Shown: piece after piece, positions 9,101-17,637 of the stretch | How the letters are laid out: every line of letters begins with the position of its first letter | Position numbering within the stretch: the stretch's first letter is position 1 | IMG/VR virus record: IMGVR_UViG_3300019877_000084 | Span: 1 to 54,236 of that record | Source: a virus | Taxonomy: Duplodnaviria > Caudoviricetes | Strand: one strand, 5' to 3' | Length of the DNA: 54,236 bases | Program-made: the position numbers and the translations under genes | The notes under the pieces: model-generated | The model's input: only the letters and a program-made list of their open reading frames with translations | Told to the model about the DNA's origin: nothing | Databases searched by the model: none

Positions 9101-10998
9101 ATTTTAACTTTTGCCACGGCCAATTCCTTTCCGTCCCGCGTGAGGAACCGGTCACCCTCAACGCGAAATACTTCCTCCCCATCAGGTGTGGATTCAACTT
9201 GTTCTAGAACCTTAAAGCCTTTTATTTCTTTCGGAATAGGCTCTGGTGTTACGGCTGGTACTTGTTCTTTCTTCTCTTCCTTGACGGGAACGACTGGTGT
9301 TTCTTTTGTTTTACCAGCTTTTGGAACTTTGGATTGTTTTCGTTTTCCAGTTCCTTTGGGTTTAGTTTTTTCATTTTCTTTTTTGGGATACGCTAATAAT
9401 TGATCAGAAGTAAATTTATCCATCTGCTCCACACTGGTCAATTCCAACGGCGTTTCGCTTTGTTCATGGAAACCAAATATTCTTTCTCCATCGCCGAATC
9501 TGGCCTTGGCATCATCAGGGGAAGCTACCGGTTCTCCCCTCTTCTTTAAATCAGAAGGGATTACCGTTTTTTCTTCTTTTGATACCGGTACTTTTTTGAT
9601 GCTGGTTGGCTGTCCCCCTTGTGCATTGGTAGGTTCTTTGGTCCCTGGCCCGGATACTCGTGGGCCCATTTGCGCGCCACCTCCGGATGCTTCATCCAAA
9701 GGTACCGCCTCTGCTTTTCTGATTGGAAGGGCATGGTCTTGCTTTTTAAATGTTTGTGTTACTATATGGGCACCCTGACCACCAACACCACCTTGCGCTA
9801 AAGATTCAATTCTGTCCCGTGCGGCTTGATCGGTATTGGCTAGATCCCAGGTCTTTCCAAATTCATCTCCTGCTGCCTGTGAGGCCCCTATTTGTTCAAT
9901 CCATTGTTGCGCATATTCCGTGCTGGATTCAATCACGGCAGGAGACTTTACTATTTCTAAGGCGCGTGATTGTAGACTTTTCTTTATCGCTTGTTTTCCA
10001 AGACCACCGGTTGCGCCCTTAGCTCCTAAATAATCTAAGGCGCCGGCTACTGTACCGTATGCAAGTGCAAGCGCTGGTTTGTCAAGGTCTTGCTTAATAA
10101 CTTCATCAATCGATAATTTTTTGTCTTTGGCAATTTTTTGCACTGATTCCAAATAAATAGAACCAACCTCTTGTCCGATCGATGTCGCACCAAAACTGGC
10201 AATTGAAGCCGGTATCTGACCAGCGGCTTGGCCTCCGGCATAGGATATCCAATTCAGGATATCAATGGGATCATGAATCTTATCCAGTGAGCTGACAAGA
10301 TTGGTAGTGAGTTCAGAGCCTTCGCCTTGGCGTTGCTCCGCCCACTTCAATAAATCGCTCTTGATCTCCCGGTTTTTGTCTTCGGCGTATGCTAACTTGC
10401 CCTCGTCATAATTCTCCGGATTGGCTGCACTTGGGCGAGATGCTGCGGCAAGCCCTGCCGCAATTCCTGAAGGTAGTTGGTACGCAAGTGTGTTCCACGC
10501 TGACTTGCCGAACGTGACTACGGGATCGAACTCTGGTTCTTTACGATCTATTCCAAGATTCTCACGTAAGAGCCTTTCGTCTTTCTTGGCTTTGTAGTAA
10601 TCCAGACTTTGTTGCTCAGGCGAAACCTGTTTGAATAATTGAGCCCTGGCCTCGGCCTCATCTGCATTGGTCTTTTCGTTGAGAGCCGATAATTGGGTTC
10701 TGTTGGAGTCATTTGGATCTTCTACCGGTAAAGGCTTGCCTAAATCTACCGTGCCAGGAATTTGTAAAGAAGTTTCTTGCCCATTCTCGAAAGGAATGCC
10801 AGAAGCCGGTGAAGTATCTTCTTTTTTTTTTAATGGTTCGACTGTATCGGAATACGCTGGATATTTGGCTACGATCTTGTCAATGAGTTCGTCATCCGCT
10901 ATATCTTTGTATTGCGGATACTTAGATTTGATCTTGGCCGCAAACTCCTTGCGCGAAATCTTTGGTTTGGGATCGGCTATGATTTGGTCTTCGATCAT
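3181..10998 (-). CDS. giant polyvalent protein, probable virion ejection/cargo protein (DdrB-ParB-like, LPD23-like, two zincin HExxH motifs, C-terminal LPD38-like)
   Basis: 2605 aa; YAVIEAD..QPSH...GAPTV....VIQGNAR (ParB-like); EIWQKTGWF...DGKWRYE (LPD23-like); HELQH and HEFGH; AKNVTVNFNKKG...LFANAGIQG and PLVELSQNEKFY.QPIYP (LPD38 region); last gene of the structural operon. Confidence 0.8.
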   Translation of the reverse strand: MIEDQIIADPKPKISRKEFAAKIKSKYPQYKDIADDELIDKIVAKYPAYSDTVEPLKKKEDTSPASGIPFENGQETSLQIPGTVDLGKPLPVEDPNDSNRTQLSALNEKTNADEAEARAQLFKQVSPEQQSLDYYKAKKDERLLRENLGIDRKEPEFDPVVTFGKSAWNTLAYQLPSGIAAGLAAASRPSAANPENYDEGKLAYAEDKNREIKSDLLKWAEQRQGEGSELTTNLVSSLDKIHDPIDILNWISYAGGQAAGQIPASIASFGATSIGQEVGSIYLESVQKIAKDKKLSIDEVIKQDLDKPALALAYGTVAGALDYLGAKGATGGLGKQAIKKSLQSRALEIVKSPAVIESSTEYAQQWIEQIGASQAAGDEFGKTWDLANTDQAARDRIESLAQGGVGGQGAHIVTQTFKKQDHALPIRKAEAVPLDEASGGGAQMGPRVSGPGTKEPTNAQGGQPTSIKKVPVSKEEKTVIPSDLKKRGEPVASPDDAKARFGDGERIFGFHEQSETPLELTSVEQMDKFTSDQLLAYPKKENEKTKPKGTGKRKQSKVPKAGKTKETPVVPVKEEKKEQVPAVTPEPIPKEIKGFKVLEQVESTPDGEEVFRVEGDRFLTRDGKELAVAKVKIPTPITPKDIHTAAKKAGIDYESKEFMDKSKELTGKEHLDSMSPEELAKIKDYIETPAPKEDQTPEKARKEGKLIKDGVTYERQAPLEGDQVVKGGPVKLEFANKVNEEGEYAVIEADKIQPSHKKGIKNPLHFLPESQPKSRDQAFGQAGVKGAQDIAAKLDPTKVGESPNPYSGAPTVNSRGEVIQGNARADALQQYWANNQEKDPAGYKEYLVKNAEKFGLDPVKVAAMKNPVLTRMVKAGDARAIELGQYTASDIETGGKRRIEPVHTVNKLTPEDRTKLANTIAQSEGETLSEIIRANTDKILDILYKRGAITETQLETVHNPRTGEINKEGVEDLARVFRHMMFEGGDTNLAEIFEHLPDSVQKGIDKAIPAIIRTKGLNKTMNNALVGYREFQNSGMDDLNVWENQADIFNDGLSPKQIYSPEELNLIRLFDTKKQGEILGKIKEVAAYMADKEGDMFIGPSKGLKAKEAFQKVFVDKGLPENTDSTLPITTRLRNVGKDQFAVTGDTYSIKNRIVALGGIWDKKTQRYLFNNSARPEVEKLLESVEGKNPQAQFAGQRFDGRTVKQVETASKRIGQIQLKALVRRLMSKFPGISEVVTDRKRVQQAWQDFLNRGSGMFASFASPGNKITPEMASKLSQAEAMDRKGSKPFEIWQKTGWFKYKDGKWRYELDGSKAKIKIGDTHLIKAKKNTSESPDNEEWEINTENDLKLSEVIDYPEFFNLVPEAKDTKVRFFSGPEKGHPNAAYQHESNTIFINIDKYFTNNKNENERRTYLKGKVLHELQHQLQRTAGLSAGRGFDEILNRLAKETGRNPITDIQLRRQAFEEYRDQHEELESRKAEERSEFNAEERAKVPPFTKGELPEFFAQNPTGGIPNGFIYGDKIYLNPETVRLDTVIHEFGHLWWNIVRHKYPVLYAAGQRLIKGSKYKEEVDANPAYSSLSEAEKSDEAVVIAIGEKGAGIADKSAWRRFWTDLWSRLKQRLGIKQNVDMSTMTLNDLVLMAARELMTPGEIGRISNLHLPETASFRLKGFKMSSEAWEDWNKRVEADRILNLAPETWTRGVKSLRQIIMSSFLSTTQDWTRTMHEVQNEIVDSYIAKAQDEIDKLTASKETKKQFSKELKASRNMLTERLIGDTKDIHGLMDLMTGKAEYQIKSMRKWLFGETTSESGYGSIMEFLTKATTFKGNNVLDPNSFAGRVQAKGLTLLDLGFYMQVVHSLERNEYNRKLTKGETQAGSGMTDTEANVFLVEIKKSGKEDDLKTFAAEIREKLVVEPLNFQHQAGIINQKDYNQLLNYYANYVPLKVQQYQKGGQQGQLSKGIFGTGIKASHGSEQNKYWDRVNPIVHLINNYEATIAKVESNEVMKKFHKLVVQHPNEQVWKIIRPKKVVTEVVQEGQEEEGNDVGEIKTVVQDFTSPEEKRAIEKESVGVRIGGKQYFIWLKDPDLREVFVDKKPRPTKKWVISTMQVIRSIQNYQRATYIGLNLDFPLPNLVRDIQDAAVNLQSLEVKKIGRSVIGGIPTAMSTIFKKNIGKGKPDPMYSQYMDEMKAEGGEISWLDVAGHEEILKEVEQEIDRFKTLNPAQRLGNVMLYPTRKVMRGVVLINKVTEQAIRLSTYVNLREAGVSRHKAAKAAKNVTVNFNKKGSWGPFLNMAWLFANAGIQGANQMMTALIKSPKVRAMMVGLIIGQIANRFLLDALADDDDDLKKLLTESDHNKNFVLWAPWSKHQVVTVPVAYNIRPFKAVGDALYDLYRNNKDYGQAIGYVFKNFMNGIFPMAENNFYPSIVQPLVELSQNEKFYNQQPIYPEKKHLYQKDSELYFKSTDKPFIKLSGILSETFQGNDDVLEISPATMEYGMDYTLGGLKSWYKLGDQMYNVIDKQQIDYNKMPVVRRFVTDLSTQEWRTKVAFYKLYTELSRRRLSQEQFNFWKELGDRLTREGNIKPDDWNRKRKEILRVQQESFSNVLN

Positions 10999-12485
10999 TT
11001 TAGTAGTCCTAGTGGATCATCTTCATCATCAGGTGGGGCCTCAGTAAGCCCACTGCCATTGTATCCCATTTGTTTGGCTTTCTTTTCCGGGTGATTGTAT
11101 TTCAATAGGTCAAATAAAGCTGACTTGTTCTTTGGATCAAGATATACGGTTTCAGTGGAATTTGCCTTTGTTGGAGTATTATAATCTATTAACGGCAGAT
11201 TGCTCTGTGGATCTGTTATAACATTGCCATTGCTGTCTTTACGAAAGGCATACCCACCAGAAGTGCCTACTTTTAGTGAGAGTTTAATCCTGCGTTTATC
11301 TGGCCCTTTGGCATTGGTTTCAATTGAGGGTTCAGCATCCATGACATACATACCATTCCATTTTTTATTTACTAGGTTGCGAAGCAAATCGTGTGTTCCG
11401 GTTACATCACCTTTGGCAAAAGAGTTGCTAATGGAATTAACCTGATCCCTGGTGATTTTGTAATCATCTTCTGTAGGCGCGGCCTTTTGTGTTTCACTAA
11501 ACTTTCCAATATTCGTGTACTTATTTACTGAACTTACTCGTTGTAGTTGCTCTAAATCCAGTTTTGTTTTATCGTAAACCTGTTTCAAAAAAGAAGGGTC
11601 ATCGGTATGCCTTATATAGTCATACTTTTCTTGAACCACATCCAGGTCGCGTGGATCACCACCTGACGCTTTAACATTATTCTGCGCTATCTCCCAAAAG
11701 AACTTATCCTCAATAGCCGGATTTGTATCCAAGACGTGGGCAATGAGCTTTTTAGAAATACCTGGCTTTCCATCATCTTGAACAAACCTGATTTTATTGG
11801 TTGCCCCTTCTTTCATTATCCCTAAGCCTGTATTAATATCCTTTCCGGCCTCACTCATTTCTAATTGTTGCTTTATGGGAGCAACTGCGTCTACAATAGC
11901 CGTATGTGCGTTAATAGCAGATGGATGGTTTAGCATTGATTCTACGGCACTGGGATCAATGTTCTGTACATTCTTAGGCGAGAGCTTCCCGTTTTTATGA
12001 TCAATATCGGATAGCACGTAATCATGCAGAAGAGACACTGCCTCGGGATCAAATCTTTTGAAGTCTTTTTTAAGGATAGCCTGGTGACCTTTTAATTTGT
12101 CTTGTATTTCGGTTCGGCGCGCAATATTGGCTTGTACTTGATTCTTTTGATCTTGAACAGCACTAGCAATATCCATACGGGAGGCATACGGATTTTCTTT
12201 TGCAAATTTTTGTGTCATTGTCTCAACATCGCCGATCTCCTTCATGCTTTGCTCCTGCTGGAAGGTACCCGGCTTACTGAAGTCCGACTTCATAAGCTGA
12301 TTATCCCGCTGATTGCGCTGCTGCTGCATCTGGTAGGCCATGCGTTGTTGGGACATTTGCTGCTGCTGCTGATATTGTTGATTTCTCAACAATTGCGCAA
12401 GCCCGGCATTGCCCTGAAATACCTGTGCTTCTCCACTGCCCTCACGGCCACGGTATACTGCCTCACTTGCGTTTGTGGTTGCCAT
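10995..12485 (-). CDS. putative internal virion/ejection protein
   Basis: Q-rich N-terminus, C-terminal DDPLGLL; lies between tail genes and the giant cargo protein. Confidence 0.6.
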   Translation of the reverse strand: MATTNASEAVYRGREGSGEAQVFQGNAGLAQLLRNQQYQQQQQMSQQRMAYQMQQQRNQRDNQLMKSDFSKPGTFQQEQSMKEIGDVETMTQKFAKENPYASRMDIASAVQDQKNQVQANIARRTEIQDKLKGHQAILKKDFKRFDPEAVSLLHDYVLSDIDHKNGKLSPKNVQNIDPSAVESMLNHPSAINAHTAIVDAVAPIKQQLEMSEAGKDINTGLGIMKEGATNKIRFVQDDGKPGISKKLIAHVLDTNPAIEDKFFWEIAQNNVKASGGDPRDLDVVQEKYDYIRHTDDPSFLKQVYDKTKLDLEQLQRVSSVNKYTNIGKFSETQKAAPTEDDYKITRDQVNSISNSFAKGDVTGTHDLLRNLVNKKWNGMYVMDAEPSIETNAKGPDKRRIKLSLKVGTSGGYAFRKDSNGNVITDPQSNLPLIDYNTPTKANSTETVYLDPKNKSALFDLLKYNHPEKKAKQMGYNGSGLTEAPPDDEDDPLGLLK

Positions 12486-12490
12486 TGTAT

Positions 12491-13216
12491 TTAGGCGAAT
12501 CCTTGTTCAGTTGGTTGATACATTCCGCCCATAGCGTTATTTCCCCACTGCCCATATCCACGCCAGCCTCCACCGTAACCACCACCACCACCCATTGGAC
12601 CATAGCCAGCGTATTGTGGTCTTGAGGCCGCAGCAATACCGCCACCGATGTCATTAATACCGCCATAGATATTCTGTAATCCGGCTCCCAGTAAAGCAGA
12701 TTTAGCCGCAAGATATTGCTGTTGATTTTGATTTTGATAACCCGCGAGTTGTTGATTGCTTCCCATTAGGCGACTAAGTGCCCCTTGTTTGAACTGTTGA
12801 TACCGTTGAGCAATATCATTATTAGATTTGGTTCCCCTCGCCTGAATCAGGGCCGCACTATTGAGTATATCGGTTCCGGATTTCGCATTTTTTTGAAGTT
12901 GTCCTACGGCATTTGCTGTGGTTTGGTCGTTACGAGCCTGATCTTGTTCTTGTCCGGGATAAGTAGTGGCATTGAGCATATACCTGGCCAAGATATTGTT
13001 TTCTAGTGCACCTGGCGGCAGATAGTCATTGGGTTTGAGTTTTTTGGCTTGGGCACGTTGATTGGCTCCCATGATCAATTTAGCTCCGGCTCCAATACCA
13101 GCGCCAATCAGTGCTCCCCACGGTCCAAATGCAGCCCCTGTTGCTGCTCCAGCTCCTGCACCTGAGAGTGCATCTTGTCCAGCATCTCTTGGTATTCTAT
13201 CGGGTGAAATGATCAT
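12491..13216 (-). CDS. putative ejection/pilot (DNA-transfer) protein
   Basis: Gly/Ala-rich hydrophobic N-terminus GAATGAAFGPWGALIGAGIGAG, Q-rich helical core, typical of podovirus ejection proteins. Confidence 0.65.
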   Translation of the reverse strand: MIISPDRIPRDAGQDALSGAGAGAATGAAFGPWGALIGAGIGAGAKLIMGANQRAQAKKLKPNDYLPPGALENNILARYMLNATTYPGQEQDQARNDQTTANAVGQLQKNAKSGTDILNSAALIQARGTKSNNDIAQRYQQFKQGALSRLMGSNQQLAGYQNQNQQQYLAAKSALLGAGLQNIYGGINDIGGGIAAASRPQYAGYGPMGGGGGYGGGWRGYGQWGNNAMGGMYQPTEQGFA

Positions 13217-13223
13217 GATATTT

Positions 13224-13231
13224 CAAATTTA
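13224..13231 (-). promoter_or_regulatory. Bacteroidota sigma-A -7 element (TAAATTTG) upstream of ejection genes
   Basis: exact TAnnTTTG just upstream of the start at 13216; partly overlaps a CGCCTAA motif. Confidence 0.35.
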
Positions 13232-13236
13232 GGCGT

Positions 13237-16200
13237 TTACAGAGAATATTCACTCATGACGTAGTTGAAATTTAATTGCTGAATCAGGTTTCTAGTGATG
13301 GCATTATCATTTATTTTGACTTTGAAATAGCGTGATTGGATATCATCTCCGTCTCTTAAAGCAAGTAAACGAGGAACTGAGATCGGTATCCACCAAAATA
13401 AATTAGGGGGTTGACGGTTGGTATTGGTAACGAGACAATTATAAAAAAAATGATTATTATATACGTTATCCCCTGGGTGATAAGTCGTGACATTATTCCA
13501 GTTTGTATATAAAAAAGGAATTTTATCGAAATCTATTAACACATTAGGATCCGTGTTAACATCTTTGAGTACGTCGGCATAAAACACATTTTCTTTCTTA
13601 TCGAATTCATCTGTTTTTAAGTAGGATTCTTGACCCTCATCGGTGAAGATTTCAATCTGTTTGTAATCAACATCTGCTCCTATGGCCTCAATACCGATAT
13701 CGACACCAACAGCATTTTTAATCCTGGTCGGATGAGGATTAACGGCAATATTAATGAATGACGCGTACTGAACCCCATAGAAATTGTTGTGGGTTTCACT
13801 GTCATTATGTAGCCATAACGCTCCGGCATTGAATGAAATCAGTTTATTATTGATCTTGCCATAGCACTCCGGTATAAATGAATAACGAGTAGTCCATACT
13901 TTTTTAACGTAATTGAATGCAATGGTTTCGCTATCACCTGTGCCATCGTTGAAAGTGATGATGTATTCTTTATGAAATGGATCGTGACCTCCTATGATTT
14001 TAACCCCGTTTTTATTACCGATGTAAGCATTGGCCTTGTCTCTGAAGTACTGTTTGCGCCCATAATTTGAAACCGGAAACTGACCTTCAAGAGTATAACG
14101 CCATACCACGCCTTTATAAATATCGAATCCAAAGACGGCATTCACATCTTCTTCTACCTTAACAATTGATTCTGGGTGATAGCATCCAAAGTTGCCTTCA
14201 AGTTGAGAATCATACCCTATAGTGTCTCCGGTAGCTATGAGCTGATCTTGGCCATCGGCATTTTTGATCATTTTTTCATTGAGATACAGAACCGTGGTGG
14301 CGCGTTCATGGATAGCCAGCATGCGGTTAGCAATTGGTTGTAATTTTGTTATTGGCCCACGATCATAAGACAAGGTATATTGGTTACCGGCATCAAATGA
14401 ACTCATGCCGTTGATGTTGGTGTCCTGGACGTATTTATTGCTGAACCGGATTACACTGGTACGTGATAATGCCTTTTTATCCGGTATCTCGACAATGGCT
14501 TTACCTTGATTGTAGGCGATTTTTTCGTAGTCTTGGATTAATAGTTTATATGAAACACCAAGAATACCTCCTATTGTTGGATCAAATATTATTGGATCTT
14601 TCCCTGACGCCTTAGTTGTAGGACTTGGTAATTCTGGATTATAAATAGCAAAATTAGTTCTGTCACTAAAATATGTTGGTTTTGTTTTTAATCCTCTGAA
14701 TGTCAGGCTGGATGATTCTATTAGATTTATTTCAGGGCCAGAAGTAGGATAATCTGCGGCAAATGATGGTCTATAGTTTTCACCAAAAATACTATCTATC
14801 GTTGGTTGACTTAAAATTCCAGATCCGTCTACTGAATATCGTTCAGAAATTTCATAGAACAGTCCATCATTTGCGATCTTTGGTTGGAATATCTCCACAT
14901 AAAGAATATCCTCTGTGATTATAAATTGTGGTACACCCCAATCGGCAATGATAATATAATCACCAATTACATCCATTATTTTATTAACAGACGCAACTGT
15001 GCCTTGGGAGTCTAAAAGCCTTACAAAAAACGTGTTGTCTGGCACAAAAGGCATTTCCTTTGGCATTTGTAGAAAAATTCTATTATATGAATTGATTGTT
15101 GGATCTTTTGCAAAGATTCTCCCTTCAAGTTCAAATTCAGTAGATGTTGGTGTATACCCCACAACTTTATCAAATAAATAAAACAATGGCCTAACTAAGC
15201 ACTGGGTGTATTGTTGATATACTTGCTCTTTGCTAATTGCAAGGCTATAGTATTTTATTTTAGGCGATAGCAAAAAATTTCCAGATATAGTTACCTTTAA
15301 AAAAATATCCACATTTCTTACTCTCTCAATACTGGATCCCACGACTACCCTACTTACTGTTGATGGACTTGCATTATATTGAATTTTTGAGATAATCCCC
15401 ATGCTGCGTTGATCAGCATCAAATATAGCTAAGCTAAAAATGTATGTTCCGTTGGTCTTGAAATACGTTTTATAAATATCTGCCCCTAACATTGATCCGA
15501 TGCCAGTCTGAATTTTTATTTGGTAAATATTCCAACTTGATACAACCGAACCACTTGTTACTGTGTCAACATAAAACGTGATGCTGGTTCCGCTAATGGC
15601 TGTTACTATTCCGGTGATAGATCTGGCTGTATTCGTCGAACTTACAAGCCTGATTCGCTCTCCAATGGTATATGTTCTGCCCCCTGAATCTATAAATGTT
15701 TTTGATCCTACAGTCATTATAATTGTTGACGTACTAGTGGATGAAGGGGGATTAATTGGTTTTTCCGTTATCGTTATTACTGGAGAACTATTAACATCAA
15801 AACCTTCTTGATCTGCTGTTATAAACAGACGATTCTTTGTAACGGTTAACGCCTTAGAATAATTTGATATCGCTTCAAATAACTTTGATGTCTCCGTTTG
15901 ATCTACGGCAATTACCGCCTCACTGCCAGTAAAATAAATATCTATATTAGCAGTGATATCAGCAATAGTCTTCCAAATCTGCCAATTACCGGTATTGTTT
16001 TCCCTAAATAAAAGTTCAATATTTTTTATGAAAGCAGCGGGTGTAATTGGTACTGTAAGTCTAACGCGAATCTTATTGTTATAAATGTAAGTCATTAATC
16101 CAAACCATGTAATGGTTGGATTAAATTGATCTGGATCGTAATCAGCAAAAGAAAGAACAGAATAAGGAGCTATAACCGAATATTCGTTGTCCAAAAATTT

Positions 16201-16848
16201 ATACCGGTAGCTAAACTGAAAATTTTTATCCGTTATTTTATTAGTCTTAATAGTGGAATCATACGTGCGATCAAGTCGTGGGGCCTCGTAATAATCATTC
16301 TCCCCAACTCTTATCTTAGTGATAGGATGAGGTTTGATTACTGAAATATGAGTCAAACTGAATGTCCCATAAGTATAACTCCTGGTCATGTTTATGACGC
16401 GTTGTGGGTTGATCCCATCACTCCAATACAATAGATCCCCGATGGATCCAGCGCCAGTGATTAAATACCTGCGGTCATTCACAAATCCAAGCCCAGCTAC
16501 TTGTAACAATGTTGTAATAGTTCCAGTCTCAGGCGAATATGCATAGACCCCGTGATTCAAATCACTATTGAAATTCCAAAAAATAAGTTTATTGTTGAGT
16601 GTGTCTTCATAGGTCCCAATACATACATTGGTACCCGAAGGCAAAGAATTACTGATCTCTGTTGTGCCCCGGATGTTTTCAATCTCCATGGACATACTGT
16701 TCTCAGAGGTGTGGTAGTGTTTATTCAGACAATCCAGGACCGGATTAATGACGGCACGATTGCCTTCATTACCGGATTCAATCGCCTTAGGTGAGATGTC
16801 GGTATTGATCCCAAGTGGCCGTACTTTTTCAGTTAGAATCGTTGTCAT
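13237..16848 (-). CDS. tail tubular/stabilization ('muzzle'-like) protein
   Basis: 1203 aa; propeller-like N-terminus (LLYWSDGINPQRVIN; FQFSYRYKFLDNEYSVIAPYS) and C-terminus (FGCYHPES...IIGGHDPFHKEY...WTTRYSF.PE...NNFYG) like crAss/P22 gp10-type tail proteins. Confidence 0.75.
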   Translation of the reverse strand: MTTILTEKVRPLGINTDISPKAIESGNEGNRAVINPVLDCLNKHYHTSENSMSMEIENIRGTTEISNSLPSGTNVCIGTYEDTLNNKLIFWNFNSDLNHGVYAYSPETGTITTLLQVAGLGFVNDRRYLITGAGSIGDLLYWSDGINPQRVINMTRSYTYGTFSLTHISVIKPHPITKIRVGENDYYEAPRLDRTYDSTIKTNKITDKNFQFSYRYKFLDNEYSVIAPYSVLSFADYDPDQFNPTITWFGLMTYIYNNKIRVRLTVPITPAAFIKNIELLFRENNTGNWQIWKTIADITANIDIYFTGSEAVIAVDQTETSKLFEAISNYSKALTVTKNRLFITADQEGFDVNSSPVITITEKPINPPSSTSTSTIIMTVGSKTFIDSGGRTYTIGERIRLVSSTNTARSITGIVTAISGTSITFYVDTVTSGSVVSSWNIYQIKIQTGIGSMLGADIYKTYFKTNGTYIFSLAIFDADQRSMGIISKIQYNASPSTVSRVVVGSSIERVRNVDIFLKVTISGNFLLSPKIKYYSLAISKEQVYQQYTQCLVRPLFYLFDKVVGYTPTSTEFELEGRIFAKDPTINSYNRIFLQMPKEMPFVPDNTFFVRLLDSQGTVASVNKIMDVIGDYIIIADWGVPQFIITEDILYVEIFQPKIANDGLFYEISERYSVDGSGILSQPTIDSIFGENYRPSFAADYPTSGPEINLIESSSLTFRGLKTKPTYFSDRTNFAIYNPELPSPTTKASGKDPIIFDPTIGGILGVSYKLLIQDYEKIAYNQGKAIVEIPDKKALSRTSVIRFSNKYVQDTNINGMSSFDAGNQYTLSYDRGPITKLQPIANRMLAIHERATTVLYLNEKMIKNADGQDQLIATGDTIGYDSQLEGNFGCYHPESIVKVEEDVNAVFGFDIYKGVVWRYTLEGQFPVSNYGRKQYFRDKANAYIGNKNGVKIIGGHDPFHKEYIITFNDGTGDSETIAFNYVKKVWTTRYSFIPECYGKINNKLISFNAGALWLHNDSETHNNFYGVQYASFINIAVNPHPTRIKNAVGVDIGIEAIGADVDYKQIEIFTDEGQESYLKTDEFDKKENVFYADVLKDVNTDPNVLIDFDKIPFLYTNWNNVTTYHPGDNVYNNHFFYNCLVTNTNRQPPNLFWWIPISVPRLLALRDGDDIQSRYFKVKINDNAITRNLIQQLNFNYVMSEYSL

Positions 16849-16851
16849 GGG

Positions 16852-17637
16852 CTACGGAATCTTAGGCGTCATCGTCCATTGACCTTTAATCGAATCCAAG
16901 ACATCTTCTACCGTGAGATCCCAGGCATGGTCAATAAGTCTGAGGTATTGACGATCGAATTCCGCCTGAGCAAAGGCTAGCAATTGTCCTTCCCCTGGAC
17001 GGTGCCCGTAATATTCTCGTTTGGTGCCGGCTACGATATATTCTGCAAATACGGGGTGGATCAGGGTTTCTTCAGTGGGATCCCAGAGATTGGAGATATA
17101 GGTTAGATAGATTGGACCAACTGTTGATGGCAAAGTGAACTTGAACTGAAGTTCATTACTGTCTTTGTTCCGATTCTCCGTCACGTATCCCAGCCCATTG
17201 TTATGCGCCCGGAGTCCAAATATCTTTCCAGAGCCTGTGGCATAATTCAAATACGGGAAACTAAACCCGGATTCAATGGGAATGTCCGCAAGGTTACAAC
17301 CATATGTGGGTTCGGCATTAGGTTGTTTTACGCCGTCGACTTCACTAAAAACAAGCGCTTGTTTCTTGTCATTAATAAAAGTCATGATGTCATTGCCGTT
17401 CTGAATACCGCAAGAGACCCATGATACACAATCAGGCGGAAGTACTATTGATTTCCATTGAGTTAGATTAATGTTGATAGTTCTGACATCTTTAGCATGA
17501 TCAAAATGACATTCCTCAGCTATTTTCATACTCCATCTAAGGAACTGGAATTGCTTATGTTGCGATTCGCCGACGTCAGAAAGAGCGTCATTTACAATTT
17601 CTATCAGCGGTCGGTATGTCTCGACGTTGCCTTTCAT
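16852..17637 (-). CDS. putative tail ring/adaptor protein
   Basis: position; LPPDCVSW...IYLTYIS...IHPVFAEYI pattern typical of ring proteins. Confidence 0.6.
   Translation of the reverse strand: MKGNVETYRPLIEIVNDALSDVGESQHKQFQFLRWSMKIAEECHFDHAKDVRTININLTQWKSIVLPPDCVSWVSCGIQNGNDIMTFINDKKQALVFSEVDGVKQPNAEPTYGCNLADIPIESGFSFPYLNYATGSGKIFGLRAHNNGLGYVTENRNKDSNELQFKFTLPSTVGPIYLTYISNLWDPTEETLIHPVFAEYIVAGTKREYYGHRPGEGQLLAFAQAEFDRQYLRLIDHAWDLTVEDVLDSIKGQWTMTPKIP

Noticed and set aside
3905-12625. Many 60-146 aa plus-strand ORFs antisense to the giant and ejection genes (similar ones occur across the window)
   Set aside because: They are shadows of long minus-strand genes, with no recognisable motifs or initiation context
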